DNA of 64,000 nucleotides, taken from the NCBI GenBank assembly GCA_038087875.1, contig CM075995.1, positions 2,482,001 to 2,546,000 on the forward strand, read 5' to 3'. Below the pieces are notes generated by a model that made no database searches, was not told where the DNA came from, and was given only the letters and a program-made list of their open reading frames with translations. A program made the translations under genes and the position numbers. Shown here in pieces: positions 53,006 through 64,000 of the stretch. Each line of letters begins with the position of its first letter. The first letter of the stretch is position 1. Source of the DNA: Malacoraja senta. Taxonomy: Eukaryota.

Positions 53006-53290
53006 GGCACGGTGGCGCAACGCTAAAGTTGCTGCCTTACAGCCCCAGGGTCAGGGATTCGATCCTGACTACGAGTGCTTCTCCACATGACCTGCGTGGG
53101 TTTTCTCCGGGATATCCAGTTTCCTCCGACACTCCAAAGACATACAGGTTTGCAGGTTAATAGGCTTGGTAAAATTGTAAATTGTCCCTAGTGTGTGTAG
53201 GATACTGCTAGTGTGCAGGGATCGTGGTCGGCGCGGACTCGATGGGCCGAAGGGCCTGTTTCCACGCTGTATATCTAAAGTAAACTAAAA
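53006..53290 (+). mobile_element. HE1-like V-SINE
   Basis: Head, V-domain, tail. Confidence 0.8.
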
Positions 53291-53770
53291 CAAAAAAAAA
53301 CTAGACTACAAGAGCAAGTCAGAAGTCCTGCAGTGAGAAACTCATCTGCTGACAGAAAAGGAGAACTTACTATCACAACGTTTAGAAAACATTTAGACAG
53401 GTACGTACATAGATAGTACAGGTTTAGACGGCTATGGGCTAAACACAGGCAGGTGGGACCAGTGTACTTTAGGCATGTTGGTCAGCAGGGGCAATTTGGA
53501 CCGAGGGGCCTGCTTCCATGCTGTATCTCTATCAAAGCCTTTCATCATAGACAAGACATATATATGAAGTGTGATGGAATACTGTCTACTTATTTGACTA
53601 ACAATCATGAAGCTCAATACCATGAGTATAAACTTTTGAGTATTAATTAGTCATTTCAAATAGCCCTTGCTTTCCCTCTCTCCATCCCCACCCCCTTCCC
53701 AGTTCTCCCACCAGTCTCACTGTCCCCGACTACATTCTATCTCTGTCCTGCCCACTCCCCTGACATCAGT

Positions 53771-53798
53771 CTGAAGAAGGGTCTCGACCCGAAACGTC
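53771..53798 (+). ncRNA. Minimal hammerhead ribozyme core (Penelope-associated)
   Basis: agt-CTGAAGA-A-GGGT(CTCG)ACCC-GAAA-CGTC-act; 3-bp stem I is possible. Confidence 0.65.
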
Positions 53799-54663
53799 AC
53801 TCTTTCCTTCTCTCCAGAGATGCTGCCTGACCCGCTGAGTCCAGCATTTCGTGTCTACCATGAATATAAAGACAGCCGAATCATTAACCTATATGTTCAT
53901 CACTCCACCAATACCTAATGACTGCAGTATCATTTAAAAAATGCACTACATTTATTTTCTTGCTTGCTTCTTCTTCTTCTTCTTAGGCAGTCCCTCGGAT
54001 ATGGGTAGGAAGGAACTGCAGATATTGTTTAAACCCTCGGATATGGGGATGACATGCAACTAGTGAGAGGACAAAACTCTCATCTCAGGAATCAACCAAG
54101 TGAATCTCTTTTGCAATGCCTTCAACACCAGCATATCCTTTCTTCAATAAGGAGACCAAAGCTGCACCAAAACCAAACCAATTCCAGGTGTGACCTCTCC
54201 TGTACAATTATAATAATACTTCCCATTTTCCAAACACCAAACCTCTTGCAAGAGACCATTTGCTAACAACAAGTAGCACCTGCCCGACAACTGTTTGTAA
54301 AGTCGCAGATCCCTCAATACTTTGCTCGATTGCAATCTTGCTCCATTTAGATAAGTCTCATTTAATTCTTATTTCTGAAGCGGACGACCACGATTTTCCA
54401 CATTAAACTCCAATTGCCAAGTTTTCACTCACTCGTTCAACCCACCTAAACCCTGTCATGGAGTCACACCATCGTCATTACAATATACCCTCCCATTTAT
54501 TTCCGTGTCATTGGCAAAGTGGAAGATGGAGTGGTAAGGCAGCAACTCCACCGCTGCACCACTGTGCTGCCCATTTGGGAAGTGGTTGCCCTGTCTAGTC
54601 TGCGAGCACCTCACAAACCTGCAGCCTCCACCACCAAGGTTGAAAACCTCAGTGAACACAGTG

Positions 54664-54968
54664 GGAGGCATGGTGGCACAGCGGTAGAGTCGCTGCCTTA
54701 CGGCGCCAGAGACCTGGGTTCGATCCTGACCTCGTGTGTTGTCTGCACGGAGTTTCCCCCTGTGACAGCGTGAGGTTTCCTCCGGGTGCTCCAGTTTCCT
54801 CCCACGCTCCAAAGACGTGCAGGTTTGTAGGTTAATTGGCCTCTGTAAATTGCCCCTAATGTGTAGGAAAGAACTAGTGTACGGGTGATCATTGTTCGGC
54901 GTAGTCTCGGTGGGCGAAAGGGCCTTTTTCCACGCTGTTTCTCTAAATTAAACTAAACTAAACTAAAC
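54664..54968 (+). mobile_element. HE1-like V-SINE
   Basis: Full length. Confidence 0.85.
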
Positions 54969-55327
54969 ACTTCCATCTGCAGGTTCAACTTCAAGTTGCA
55001 CAATATCCTGACGTAAGAATATTTCAATGTTCTTTTTCATGGGTCTGAAGCCTGGAACTTTGTGCCGACCACACTCGGGATGTATCTTCACCAGGACTAC
55101 AGCAGTACAAGGAGATGGCTCACCACTTCCGTTTAACCCATCATTAGGGATAGGCAATGAAATGGGTTATAAAAACTGGCTTCACCAGCAATCCCTGACA
55201 CTGAAAAACAAATTAATTTAAAAATGTGCGGGCTGTTATTTAATTTTTAGGGGCGGTACAGGTGGCGCAGCGGTGGAGTTGCTGCCTTACAGCGCCGGAG
55301 ACCCGGGTTTGACCACAGGTGCTATCA

Positions 55328-56372
55328 GTAGGTATGTTACAATAGTTGGCTTCAGTCGCGCTGTAATTCTGTCACTGGCCGTGTGCGCGATTTTGCCGCC
55401 TTTAAGGGGGGGGGGCGGGGTTAAAACGCGGTTTCTCCTACCTTGTCCTGAATCATATTTTGTTGGAGTACAAGCGTTTGCGGAAGAATCGTTCCGAGGG
55501 GCGTCTTGAGTATTTTGTTTTAAAAATCTCCCGACAAGTTCAGCGTTGGAATCATTTTAAAATCATCTTCTGAACCCGTCAACGCCAACAACGGGGACGG
55601 ATTTCACACACGGGAAAGGTAAACGAAAGTGCTTTATTTTTATGTATAACAGTTCTCCTTAAGAGGCCTTTAATTCACATTTTTACATGCGATACGGTGA
55701 TTTTTTTCCCCCGAACTAACGGCAATAATTTTCATGCCAATACGGGGTTAAATTCACCGCAAATGAACGTTCCAAATGATCGCGTTCCAGAAATCCCCAT
55801 TCGCAAGATGATATAAATTCCCATTAATTTACAGGTATTAAACATTCAATTTCTTCCATTTGGCCTATAAATCAATGACAATGAGATTTAAAAATTATGT
55901 TATATTGTGAATTCTTGTGTGAATGTTATTTGGATACTTAGGCTATTTAAAAATGTTAATCTATTCTTAAGAAATTGATAGATGTTTAGATCTAGTAATT
56001 GAATTTTGTAATTAGCTACAATTAGGTAACTAACTAATTATATGCTTTAATTTCATGTCATCTAAGTAAGATTGTTTCATATTTGTTTCAGAATGCTTCA
56101 ATCTATAATAACTGAAAATTTCTTTCAGTTCTCTTAATTTTTAAGAAAGTTATGGGCTTTTGACTGTCCTCGATCACAGCTTTTGTGTTGTCAATGGAAA
56201 AGCAATAGGGAACAAGATGCTAATTTCAGAGTATGAAAATGGCCATAACTTTTTTAATACTGAAGATATGAAAGTGAATTAGGTGTCAAATTAAACTTCT
56301 TTTTATGCTTTATCTGATGGGATAAATTACAGACTTGATTTTTAAAATCTCAAAATTTTGTAACATTGCTAC
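55328..56372. mobile_element. Unclassified ~1045-bp non-autonomous TIR DNA transposon inserted in a V-SINE (~55250-56615)
   Basis: Ends GTAGGTATGTTACAA / TTGTAACATTGCTAC; tatca duplicated (55323-55327, 56373-56377); SINE halves rejoin in register. Confidence 0.75.
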
Positions 56373-57742
56373 TATCAATGCTGAGTTTGTACGTTCTCCC
56401 CGTGACCGCGTGGGTTTCCTCCCGGTTGCTCTGGTTTCCTCCCACACTCCAAAGATGTGCAGGTTTGTAGTTCAATTGGCTTTGTAGGTCAATTGTCCTG
56501 AGTGTGTAGGATAGTGTTAGCGTACGGGGTGATCGCTGGTCGGTGCGGACTCGGTGGGCCGAAGGGCCAGCTTCCGTGCTGAATATCTAAACTAAACTTA
56601 GACTGAACTAAACTAGTAGTTCTGAATCAGAAAATGAAAACGTTATTGAGTCCAGCCACTCAGATGTCCCTTGGCTGTAGATCACTGCAGTTTTTTGTAC
56701 TGTCTGCCACAACTGTCCTACTTTAACAAGAGCGGACTCGGCTATTTATAGTGTTGAACTCTTGTGCACACAATGGGACTTGGTTTCATGTTTTTAAGAG
56801 AGCGACAGTGGCTGAGATCATGAATTTTCTTCTGATGACCAGCAGCTGAGTTGTCAGAATGACTTTAAGTCAACAACGTTTCAGTTCAGTGACACCACCG
56901 ACTGCTGGTGGGGGTGCAGTCCAATAATTTTCAAGGCAAGATTGAAACTTAAGACCCACACACATTGCCTCTCCTGTGAACCCAGGCCAGCGATGAACAG
57001 ATTGCAAACGTATGCCTTAAAACCTGATAGTGTTGTGACACAGATCAGGCATTTTGTCGTATTGAATTATCAAAATAATTTTCACACGTTACCAGAGAAC
57101 GGAAGCACATTTTTTTCCCCTCCCAAAGGTTCCAAAGGGGATAGACATTTGACAGGTGCGATTCTAAAGATAAAACAAAGGAAGTAAGTGCCTGAACGTA
57201 CGTGACTCAGTGGAGCTGAGCTGGCTCATCTTGTGGCTGCCTCATTTATATGTCAGACTGTTGTGCATTTTAGCAGCTGATCTGAGGAAAAAATCTAGAC
57301 TGACACTTCTTATCTGTGCAGCTCCATTAACCTGAACTAATGCAATGCCCTGCTGCTTCATAACTTCATAGTGATAAGAGCAGAATTTGGCCATTCGGGC
57401 CCATCAAGTCTACTTCGCCAATCAATCATGGCTGATCTATTTCTCCCTCTTAGTTCCATTCTCCTGCCTTCTCACCCATATCCCCTGATACAAGTACTTG
57501 TATTGCTTGTATTTTGCATCTGACTCAATCACCCATCACTTGTGCTCATGGGTCTCTGGTGCACCAACATTTTACATTTAAAATCCCCTGATCGTGTCAC
57601 CCTTCCTCATTTCAAAGTCTTAGTTCCCCCATCCTGAGAACACAGCGCTGCTCTAGTTTTGGCTTCCCGTGCACTTCACTGAGAGTGGATTGATTCAATG
57701 ATAATTGGCTGGATTGGATTAGTTTAGTTTAGTTTAGAGACA

Positions 57743-57952
57743 CAGCTCGGGACGTCTCTTAGCTGCTCGTAACGCTAACTAACGGCAGGTACTCGGGAAA
57801 CGCGGTAAGCTCGTGAAGATTTTTCAACATGTTGAAAAATGTCCATGAGAGCCCCCAGTACTTAAGAGCGGCTATTACCATAATTCTCCGAGTTCGAATC
57901 AGGGGAAACTCGGGAGAACTCTTGAATTAGCTCGTACAGTGGGACAGCCCCA
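57743..57952. mobile_element. Partial Harbinger MITE (B-type interior, D-type right TIR)
   Basis: Ends gaactcttgaattagctcgtacagtgggacagcccca|taa; left TIR missing. Confidence 0.7.
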
Positions 57953-58125
57953 TAACACTAATTTACACTCACACTCACAATTAATCTGCAAACCTGTACG
58001 CCTTTGGAGTGTGGGAAGAAACCGAAGATATCGGAGAAAACCCACGGAGAGAACATACAAACTCCGTACAGACAGCACCCGTAGTCGGGATCGAACCTGG
58101 ATCTCTGGTGCTGCAAGCGGTGTAA

Positions 58126-58454
58126 TAGCCCTGTCCCACGGTGCAAATTCATTCAAGAGCTCTCCTGAGTTTTAAAAAAATCAAACTCGTGGTAAGCACG
58201 GAGAATGAACGTAGCGGGTACGTCGGAGCTCGGGGACGTCTCTTAGCGGCTCGTAACGCTAACGGCGGGTACTCGGGAAGACTCGCTAACGGCAGGTAAG
58301 CACGGGAAGACTCGTGAAGATTTTTCAACACGTTGAAAAATGTCCACGAGAGCCCCGAGTACCGACGAGTGGCCTTTACCGTAAATCTCCGAGTTTGAAT
58401 CAGGGCAAACTCGGTAGAGCTCTTGGAATGAACTCGTACCGAGGGACAGGGCTG
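58126..58454. mobile_element. PIF/Harbinger-like MITE, subfamily B (uninterrupted)
   Basis: TIR gccctgtcccacggtgcaaattcattcaagagctc / gagctcttggaatgaactcgtaccgagggacagggc; flanks TAA and TTA. Confidence 0.82.
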
Positions 58455-58969
58455 TTAGGCAGCAACTCTACCACTGCGCCACCGTGCTGCTTGTTCTGTC
58501 GCTGACTCCCATATTCTCATCTGCTTGGTGCCAAAGCTCTGAAACTTACAGAGTCAAGGAGTTGTAGAGTTATACAGCACAGGCACAAGCTCTTTGGTCC
58601 AACTCGTCCATGCCGAGCAAGATGCCTGATCTAAGCTAGTTCCATTTGCTCATGTTTGGCACATATTCCTCCGAACCTTCACTATCCATTTACCAAATGT
58701 CTATTAAAAGTTATGATCATACCTGCCTCTATTACTTCCTCTAGCAGTTTGTTCCACGTACCCACCATATTCTTGTTCCACCTCTTCTCCTCTTGTCACC
58801 TGCTGAAGGCATTATCTCCTTGACCAAGCTTTTAGTCATTAACTATAATGTCTTTTCTTGTTCTTGAATGCCAATTTTACTTTAGGTAATGATTCCCGTA
58901 AGGAGAAAACCACGAGAGGTTTTACTCGATTAAGGATGAAGAATGTTGGCCTAGAAATTCAACCACCAT

Positions 58970-59268
58970 AGTGTGGCGCAGCAGTAGAGTTGCTGCCTTA
59001 CAGCGCCAGAGACCCAGGTTCAATCCTGACTACGGGTGCTGGCGGTGTGGAGTAGGTACGCTCTCCTTGTGACCTCGTGGGCTTTCTTCAGGTGCTCTGG
59101 ATTCCTCCCACATTCCAAAGACACACAGGGCTGTAACTCAATTGGCTCCTGTGAATTGTAAATTGTCCCTAGTGTGTAGGATAGTGCTAGGGTACGGGTT
59201 GATCGCTGGTCAGCACGGACTCGGTGGGCCGAAGGGTCTATTTCCACGCTGTATCACCAAAGTCTAAA
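58970..59268 (+). mobile_element. HE1-like V-SINE
   Basis: Full length. Confidence 0.8.
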
Positions 59269-60169
59269 GTACGTTGTTTTTTATTTATGACCCAAGGTTT
59301 GATAGATGCGTCAAATGAATAGCTGCACTTCTAGACATGCACAATATTTAGTAGAAGTTTGAATGATACCCCCTGGAGCAGAGAATAAATACACACACAT
59401 GTACTATCAGACCTGTTGTTTTCAGGTAAGTTCATTCCAAACGTGGACGACCATTCATTTCCTCAAAAAGGACACAAAGCGCTGGAGTAACTCAGCGGGT
59501 CAGGAAGCATCTCTGGAGAACATGGATAGGTGACATCTCGGGATTGGACCCTTCAGGCTTTCTATCACTTCAACAGTGGATGCTGGTCCTTCAATTGTCC
59601 ATAAAGATCAGCCTTGGGATTGTGGAGGTTGCTAGACATGGGCAAGGCAGAATCAGAGACATCTCTGGCAATGGCAGATGAGGTCAATGAGATTAATGCC
59701 CATTTTAAACAGGCAAAGGTCTGCTGAGGTGCACATCCCCATATGTCCCATGTATCTAGTGTATGGAGTGCCACAGACAGCTGTGGAGGCCGTCAACGGA
59801 TAGCTTTAAGGCCGAGATTGACAGATTCTTGATTAGTAAGGGTGTCAGGGGTTAAGGGGAGAAGGCATGAGAATGGGGTTAAGAGGATCAGCCATGATTG
59901 AATGGTGGAGTAGACTTGAAGGGCCGAATGGCCTGATTCTGGCCCTAGAACTGATGAACTATCTCCACTACAGAAGATCTCTCTTCTTGAGGGTAAATTC
60001 TCAGTAAGCAGCTGGTCCAAAGGTGTCCCTGGACGGGCTTTTAAATCATGCACCAATCAACAGCCCAAAGTCTACAAATGTCGTCAACCAAACACTTTAA
60101 CAGTCTTCTCTTTCTGTCTGCTTTAATGAAACCTCCATCAATTCATCATTTCCCAAAAAAAGTAAATGA

Positions 60170-60295
60170 AGAAGGGTCTCGACCCAAAACGTCACCCATT
60201 CCTTCTTGCCAGAGATGCTGCCTGTCCCGCTGAGTCACTCCAGCATTTTGTGTCTATCTTTGGTGTAAACCAGCATCTGCAGTTCCTTCCTACAC
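60170..60295 (+). mobile_element. Penelope terminal insertion
   Basis: 12-bp TSD aaaagtaaatga (60158-60169, 60296-60307). Confidence 0.8.
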
Positions 60296-60464
60296 AAAAG
60301 TAAATGACTTGTCCCAATGACTACTGCCCACTATCTATAACATGAACCATATGAAGTGCTTTGAAAGACTGGTAATGGTACATTTGTGCTAATCTCCAGG
60401 ATAGATAACCTAGGCCATGTTTCCATGCTGTATGACTCGATGGTGGACCACTGTTCCCAAAACA

Positions 60465-60870
60465 TTCATTCATTCATTCATCATCGTTGAAAACATTAGC
60501 GACGCAGCGGTGCTGGTTTCCAACGGGAATGGTGACGGACGCACCACACATCTCTGTCCTCCAGTTCCTGCGGACTTCCGCCACTGGAAGTATAGGATTT
60601 TGGTGTGTGTGCTTTATCATCATTCCTTACAATGCTGTGTACGACAGTGATCACAACTTCTACTGAAGTGTGGATGGCCGTTGGCTCGCTAGGAGCTCAT
60701 CCGCCCTTTGACAGGTCTTGTTTTTGGTCCTGCTGGGGATCCACAGCCCCCTCCTCACCTGGCAAACCAGGTGGGGGAAACAGTTTAGTAGCCGATTATC
60801 CGACCTCGGAGCAGGTAGCACGGGATTACATGGTACCCGTGGCGGGGGGAACTCCCACCGACCTGACCTG
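60465..60870 (-). mobile_element. Unclassified non-LTR-derived element with (TGAA)n tail
   Basis: 12-bp TSD gttcccaaaaca (60453-60464, 60871-60882); (ATTC)n at the left end. Confidence 0.65.
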
Positions 60871-61104
60871 GTTCCCAAAACAGATACCTTGCAAATGAGT
60901 CCTGACCCAAAATGCCTCTTATCAATGTCCTCCAGAGATGCTGTCCTGATCTGCTGAGTGTTTGTGTTTGTGTGTTTTTTTGTCAATAAACTAATCTGAC
61001 CTGATCTGACATTATAATACAATTAAAAATGCATACTAGTTAAAGCATACAAGTCGTGTAGAAACATGGAACTGCAGATGCTAGTTTGTACAAATAGACA
61101 CAGA

Positions 61105-61410
61105 GGCAGTACAGTGGCACAGCAGTAGAGTTGCTGCCTTACAGCGCCAGAGACGCAGGTTCGAACCTGACTAAGGGTGCTGTCTGTACGGAGTTTGTAC
61201 GTTTTCCCCGTGACCGCGTGGGTTTTCTCCGGGATCTCCAGGTTCCTCCCACACTCCAAAGACATACAGGTTTGTAGGTTAATGCACTTTGGTAAAAGTT
61301 GTACATTGTCCCTAGTGTGTAGGATAGTGCTAGTGTACAGGGGGGATCACTGGTCGGAGAGGACTCGGCGGATCGACGGGCCTGTTTCCACGCTGTATCT
61401 GTAAGGTCTA
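61105..61410 (+). mobile_element. HE1-like V-SINE
   Basis: Full length. Confidence 0.85.
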
Positions 61411-62208
61411 GAGTTTAAAGTCAAAGGACCAAAAAATGCTGGAGTAACTCAGAGGGTGAGGCAGCATCTCTGTAGAACATGGAAAGGTGGCGTTTCAGGT
61501 CGGGACCCTTCTTCTTGATGTAATTCAGTACATTAAAACTCTGTTACAGGAGAGACCAAGTGAAACATTGCCTAGCTCTCCTTTCCTGAGACAGACCACA
61601 GACGTGATCAAGCATATAAATCATACGGGCTTGGATCAGGGACTTAGGAAATTAGGTTCATGAAATCTACCGCTATCACAGTTTGGGAGGGAACGCAGAT
61701 TGTGGTGCTTTCTGGAAATCAGACACGGGCAAACAGAATTTAGTCAAATATTTCACTGGCTTGCTGAAAACGCCTGACCTTCGTTGTCCCTGGAGTGCCC
61801 AATGATGGATGCCTCCAGGCCAACATTGTCCGACTTCCTCTGCAAGGATATTTGCAAAGGAAATCACAACATCCTTGTTGCTCCTAACATGCAAGCCACA
61901 GTGTAGGTCACAGCAGATTACTCATGACTAAACCTGCCCACTTGAGCAATGCAAACTGAAAGTGGTCGTCATTACACATCACGTGGGAAATTGCTTTAAA
62001 ATTACATAGCTCTGTTAAAAAACACAGGAACAAGCAATTGAACTTTATATGCTAATTTAAGTTACAATTTTTAAATGATGTTCATAGCAATGGTTTTAAT
62101 TATTTAAAAGTAGTAATCAGGGCCAGAATTCATAATGCAAGGAGAAGATTTAATTTTGGCTTGAATTTTAAGCATCTCATACTGCGACGAAAGGTATAGG
62201 AAATATCT

Positions 62209-62266
62209 ACACACACACGCACACACAGTACACACACGCACGTGCGCACGCATGCACACACACACA
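62209..62266. repeat. (CA)n/(CG) microsatellite
   Basis: acacacacgcacacacag..cacacac. Confidence 0.8.
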
Positions 62267-62321
62267 ATGCAAACTCTTGACTATTGAATTAATCGTTTTT
62301 TCTTTATGTTCCGTAATTGAC

Positions 62322-63665
62322 TGCTGGTTCTGGACTCCCCCAACATCGGGACCATTTTTCCTGCAACTAGCCTGTTCAATCCTTTTAGAATTTTATATGT
62401 TTCTGTAAGATCTCCTCTCGTCCTAAATTCCAGTGAATACAAGGCCAGTCGACCCCTTTCTTTCATTATATGTCAGTCCCGCCATCTCGGGAATTAACCT
62501 GGTGAACCTGCGCTGTACTCCCACAATAGCAATAATGTACTTTCTCAAATTAGGAGACCAAAACTGCACACAGTACTCCAGGTGCAGTCTCGCCAGGGCC
62601 CTGTACAACTGCAGTACGACCTCCTTGCTCCTAAACTCAAATCCTCTCGCAATGAAGGTCAACATGCCATTAGCTTTCTTCACTGCCTGCTGTACCTGCA
62701 TGCTTATTTTCAGTGACTGATATACAAGCACACCCAGGTCTCGTTGCACCTCCCCTTTTCCTAATCTGACACCATTCAGATAATAATCTGCCTTCCTGGT
62801 TTTGCCACCAAAGAGGATAACCTCACATTTCTCCACGTTATACTGCATCTGCCATGCATCTGCCCACTCACACAACCTATCCATGTCACCCTGCAGCCTC
62901 ATAGCATCCTCCTCGCAGCTCACACTGCCACCCAGCTTTGTGTCATCCGCAAACTTGGTGATGCCACATTTAATTCCCTCGTCTAAATCGTTAATATATA
63001 TTGTAAACATCTGGGGTCCCAACACTGAGCCTTGCGGCACCCCACTCATCACTGCCTGCCATTCTGAAAAGGACCTGTTAATTCCTACTCTTTGCTTCCT
63101 GTCTGCCAACCAGTTCTCTATCCATGTCAATACCCTACCCCCAGTACCATGTGCTCTAATTTTGTACACTAATCTCTTGTATGGGACCTTGTCAAAGGCT
63201 TTTTCAAAGTCCAGATACACCACATTCTACTTGTTACATCCTCAAGAAAATCCAGGTCAAACATGATTTCCCCATCATAAATCCATGCTGACTTTGACCG
63301 ATCCTGTCACTGCTTTCCAAATGCGCTGCTATAACATCTTTAATAATCGTCTCCAGCATCTTCCCTGTTTTCTCTCTCCCTCCTTTCCTCCCTCCAGCCC
63401 ACAGGAACTGATCCAGAGTCGACAGAACATTGGAAAATGATCACCAATGCATCCACGATTTCTAGGGGCACCTCCTTGAGTACTCTTGGATGCAGATCAT
63501 CTGGCCCTGGGGATTTATCTGCCTTAAGTCCCAACAGTTTACCTAACACCATTTCCTGACTAATGTGGATTCCCTTCAGTTCCCCCCTCCCACTAGATCC
63601 TTGGTCTGCAAGTATTTCCAGGAGATTTTTTGTGTCTTCCTTAATGAAGACAGAACCAAAGTATT
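62322..63665 (-). mobile_element. CR1 LINE RT fragment
   Basis: KSPGPDDLHPRVLKE; VYLDFEKAFDKVP..GVPQGSVLGP..YINDL..KFADDTKL. Confidence 0.92.
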
Positions 63666-63709
63666 CGTTTCCCCCCTCCTCTCTCCCCCTCCCTTCCCCC
63701 CCATTCTGT

Positions 63710-64000
63710 CACAGTTGGGAAAAGGGGAAGTACAACGGGATCTGCGGGTCCTTGTTCATCAGTCAATGAAAGTAAGCATGCAGGTACAGCAGGCAGTAGG
63801 CAGTAAAGAAAGCAAATGGCATGTTGGCCTTCATAACAAGAGGAGTCGAGTATAGGAGCAAAGAGGCCCTTCTGCAGTTGTACAGGGCCCTAGTGAGATC
63901 ACACCTGGAGTATTGTGTGCAGTTTTGGTCCCCTAATTTGAGAAAGGACATTCTTGTTATTGACGGAGTGCGGCGTAGGTTCACAAGGTTCATTCCCGGG
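63710..64000 (+). mobile_element. CR1 fragment running off the window
   Basis: LGKGEVQRDL..LEYCVQFWSP. Confidence 0.85.

Larger units (their letters stand above)
57718..58488 (-). mobile_element. HE1-like V-SINE hit by two Harbinger MITEs
   Basis: SINE tail at 57718-57742, body at ~57953-58125, head at 58455-58488. Confidence 0.75.

Noticed and set aside
59411..59431. Recursive splice-site signature ttgttttcag|gtaagt
   Set aside because: On the plus strand, opposite to CDKAL1 transcription
59793..60056. RPGTP in a minus-strand ORF as the preceding CDKAL1 exon
   Set aside because: Flanking residues do not match FYPRPGTPAAKM, and the rest of the ORF is antisense CR1 3'UTR
60780..60885. HDV-like P1 (gggaac/gttccc) at the 5' end of the TGAA-tailed element
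   Set aside because: One strand is part of the target-site duplication, so the pairing is coincidental

Overview
Eukaryotic, repeat-dense vertebrate intronic DNA, most likely from a skate or ray (inferred from HE1/V-SINE, CR1/HER1-type, Rex1/Babar, L2 and Penelope families). The only host coding sequence I can support is one 63-nt minus-strand exon at 41952-42014 (KKQRTRELSQLFQSYTPYDHK). It matches the CDKAL1 tRNA methylthiotransferase exon, so the rest of the window appears to be two long CDKAL1 introns. Almost all ORFs in the supplied track are retroelement fragments or noise. The most notable signals are: (1) many Penelope-derived mini-elements, often fold-backs with 11-15 bp TSDs, carrying a minimal hammerhead-ribozyme core; (2) a 34-bp minisatellite just downstream of the exon whose units read as consensus 5' splice sites on the pre-mRNA strand; (3) several PIF/Harbinger-type MITE subfamilies that share a terminal TIR but have different CpG-rich internal motifs; (4) a two-SINE fold-back with a perfect 37-bp-arm centre; (5) an unclassified ~1 kb TIR element; and (6) repeat-free islands that are candidate conserved enhancers. 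Repeat boundaries are approximate unless TSD coordinates are given. Family names come from recalled motifs, not database searches.
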